Shown: positions 60,906 to 64,000 of the stretch, in pieces
Layout: each line of letters starts with the position of its first letter
How positions within the stretch are numbered: the stretch's first letter is position 1
Source: Callorhinchus milii
Lineage: Eukaryota
Length of the DNA stretch: 64,000 bases
Assembly: GCF_018977255.1 (NCBI RefSeq)
Contig: NW_024704743.1
Location: 69,690,001 to 69,754,000, forward strand
Direction: 5' to 3'
Program-made: the position numbers and the translations under genes
The notes under the pieces: generated by a model
Seen by the model: the letters and a program-made list of their open reading frames with translations, nothing else
Databases searched by the model: none
What the model was told of the DNA's origin: nothing

Positions 60906-63444
60906 AGAAGTTCCTCAAATAGAGCATCCATCCTTAGATCTCCCTACTACCATGATCTTCTCCAGGCTCATGTTCTTATTTGGCCTCTCCGCCCAGCAAA
61001 TACTGACCAGACGATCTTTCCTCACCCCTTTTGCTTCACCATCAGAAGGCAAGCCTTCAGCCTTTAGCCCTCAACATCTATCTTTCAGTCATCAAATCTA
61101 TCTAAAATCTTACCATGCCTATGGTCATCTCCCTACTCATTCCCCCATTCTCTCTCTCATCGGTTTCCAGTATCATCCTTACAATGCCACTTTAAACAAA
61201 AGCTGCTATACAAATGCAACTTGTTGTTTCTCTCTCTCTCTGCATCTTTTTCTCTGAGTTTCTCTAACATTCTTTCTCTTTCTCTTTCTCTTTGTCTAAG
61301 GTGTTTTCTTTCTCTAGCTCCCTTTTCGTTCCTTGTGAATCTCTTCTCCTCTCTAACTGTGCACTTTTAGTTGATCTATTTTTGTGCCAAACAACAAAAA
61401 ATCTAGTCAAATGCACAATGTTATCAGGCCTACACTGTGCAAGGAAATTCAATCCCTTCTAATACACAGCCATTACACTGTACTGTAAAAAATCCTGTGA
61501 GATACTTGGAGACATTTTGAAGACGTGATAAGCTACTCTTTCAAATGTAAACATTATTGTTACATGCCTAGTCAGTTTGCATACATGTGGGAAATTTTGC
61601 AATTCTTCACATTTAGATGTAAATGAATGTTTTCACAGTATTCTGTTGTCTTATCTTCATCCATCAATGTAGGTAAGCAGCAACTTCAAAGCTTTTAATT
61701 TAGGGAACAATTGCTCTTATATTTAGAACAATACAGTAAGATTTAAAAATTAGGCATTCATAAAATGAAAGTGAATGAACACGGCACTGCTTAAACCTCA
61801 TTAAACCCCAAATGAACATTACACATTACAATTTGTACTGCAGAAAAGTGCTTTTAAACCACAATGACAGAACGACATGGCAGTGTATACAACATTGGCT
61901 TTGTTTCACCCTTCCAGCTAAAAATCAGATGCTGCAGATTACGCTATATCCTGTGAAGTGCTTTGAAACATCCTACCAACATGAAAGGAGCTATACCAAA
62001 TGAAAGCATTATTACTGTTATTATTATTGTTACGAAGAAACCCTAGTAACAGATGTCATCATTCCTGGCTCAACACCATGATAAGACTCCAAATTTAGAG
62101 TCTAAAACAATCAGAATTGCTTTACTGGCCCTGTATTGTGAAAAAAATTGCATTCTCCCAAAGAACCTTCTCAGTCCATTTGCCTTAACGGCTTATAGTT
62201 AAGCTTGACTTCTCCCTGCTTTGCATGATTAGATATTACAACAGTCATGGCCCTTTGGAAGTATGGTTCTTAAACTGAACTTAATATTCTAAGTGTAGTG
62301 TTTAAACTTAGTAGTTATTTTCGCACTCTTAGGCTTATACTCTAATCTTTCTCAGGCTTCTGACGTGTGAAGCGCTCTGAGATGCCGTCCAGTTTGGAGG
62401 GCACTATATAAATCCAAGTTGTTATTATTGTTTTGAACGAGCATCTAAATGTTCTGTTTAGGTTTATTAATTACAAGCAGAAAAATGTGTTTCAAAAATT
62501 CACCAAAGTAAAACATGGTGAGAACTGAAAGTCCATATGAAACACAATTGTAGGTAAAAATAAGGAAAATAGAAAAGTAGATTTCAGTTTGTGGTAGAAA
62601 CATCCAGAATCATTGTTTTTATTTATGCTAACAGTAGACAGCCAACAATGTTGATTAAGAGATAAGCCAGGAAGATGCAGGAGATGGTTAAATACATTTT
62701 TCAGAAATAATGACAAGTTGGGATTCACTCGTTCTGCCTCAGGAATCTCGAACACAAATTGCTTATCAGTAGTGCACGTATAATGAAGAAGACAAATCAA
62801 AAGGACAATTTTCTTTCCGTTATTAAAATAAACATATCATCAGCAACAGGAGAAATTTTGAAGTTTCAGCATTACTGACATTTTGTTTGTTTCAAATTGA
62901 TGTTGCAAGTTTTCTCTAAGTGGTAAATAGTGACTATGAACACTATTGAAAATAGCAATTAAGGTATTTAATTGATAGTGGTAATTAATTACCTAGGAAA
63001 TCAATATGCTTCTCTGCCTCTGAACATAACAGTATTTTACTTATGTCTGAGTAGGTGATAAATCTGAGTTCTGTTCACAGTGCTACAGCTCTGATTAAAT
63101 CGGTTGAAAACTCTGTATTAGGATATGTCACATGCTTCAGTTGTAGTTGTTATTATTCCAACTTTATACTCTATCATTGGAATATTTATTGTGTCATTTT
63201 GTGCCCCCTCCCTTCAAACGTACATTCAGAGCAGCGTTGAAGATGACTTAGAATTTATGACAAGATCAGAGAGCTCAATTTCTTTTCACTGGGAAAAAAT
63301 AAGGCTAAAGAGAAGAAATTCTGGCAGTGAAGCAGTTAGAAAGTAAAAGGAATTGTACTTTTTTTGCGCAGGTTCAGTAGCGTACAAATATTCCATGGTC
63401 AGCCCTCACTGTAGATAGCACTGTGCAGCATGTGATAACATTTG

Positions 63445-63800
63445 CAGATGAGTCAGAAGGTTGTGGGTTCAAGCCCTACATTGAACTCTGAACTCACATA
63501 ATTTAGGTTAAATCTCCAATGCAGTGCTGGAGGGCTGTATTGTTGCAGGTGCCATCATTTGGATGACATATTAAACCCAGGTCCTGTCTTGTTGTTCAGG
63601 TGGATGTTAAAATTTCCCTCGAAAAGAAGAGGGAGTGCCCTGACCAACAAGCCCCCAGATTAAATTTATCATGGCTGTATGTGTGACATTGCTGTGGGCA
63701 AACTGACTGCCTACAAATACAAATCACAAGCTTTACAGTAAATCCTTTGCAACATTTTGGCAATGTGGCACAATGTCAAATGCAAAGATTATTATTATCT
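63445..63800 (+). mobile_element. Old Deu-domain SINE
   Basis: GAGTCAGAAGGTTGTGGGTTCAAGCCC head, Deu core and tail. Confidence 0.8.
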
Positions 63801-63808
63801 CATTGCTG

Positions 63809-63878
63809 CAATATTTTAACCTTTACAATACCTTTGTCACACAGTTAAATATTTTAACCTTTACTATACCTTTGTCAC
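63809..63878. repeat. Tandem duplication of about 31 nt
   Basis: AATATTTTAACCTTTACWATACCTTTGTCAC twice, 39 nt apart. Confidence 0.9.
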
Positions 63879-64000
63879 TCTATGACCTTTGTTTTGGTCA
63901 GCTGGAAGTCTGACACATGCGGAAACCCATCACCATGTTTAAGAGTACCCAAACCAAGCTGAGATTTCCATGACCCGTGTCCTGGTCAATAACCCCCAGA

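Noticed and set aside
63225..63346. Possible + strand exon SSVEDDLEFMTR
   Set aside because: The nucleotides resemble a decayed CR1 3' region (LFSLEKRRLR-like).
1..64000. CRISPR arrays, operons or other prokaryotic systems
   Set aside because: The window is spliceosomal-intron, TE-rich vertebrate DNA; the recurring short motifs are SINE/LINE tails, not repeat-spacer arrays.

Overview
Repeat-rich vertebrate genomic DNA. The TE content (L2 and CR1 LINEs, Deu-domain SINEs, an abundant tRNA-headed SINE with (ATT)n tails) suggests a cartilaginous fish, possibly a holocephalan; this is inference. The only host gene I can support is a DAZL ortholog on the minus strand, which the ORF track does not recover in its correct reading frame. 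Six exons with GT/AG boundaries and matching phases (15407-15418, 11813-11962, 7808-7899, 5597-5651, 3686-3752, 2866-2993) splice to 168 aa: MAEMSGRINEAQDGDAGQELENQSSAAPSMNRRYVLPSGRIMPNTIFVGGIDFEMSEDEMRGFFARYGAVKQVKIISDGGGVSRGYGFVSFHNDVDIQKIISESQINFKGKKLKIGPAIRKQQDSYPIQLVQARPAPLIASPTSCMYQNTDACYQSPGFPGSASPYVQ. The DAZ-repeat and C-terminal exons probably lie beyond the left edge. A CpG-island promoter spans about 14.4-16.2 kb. The remaining ~48 kb is upstream intergenic DNA made of L2, CR1, Tx1 and SINE copies, many of them nested; nearly all long ORFs in the track are LINE remnants. Main leads: BOULE-like features in this DAZL; E-box, T-box and E2F6 motifs in its promoter; a pri-miRNA-shaped hairpin in intron 1; a multi-hairpin CpG-rich segment upstream; and a tandem TATA/Inr promoter monomer family attached to LINEs. 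TE boundaries are approximate and family names come from motif recognition, not database searches.
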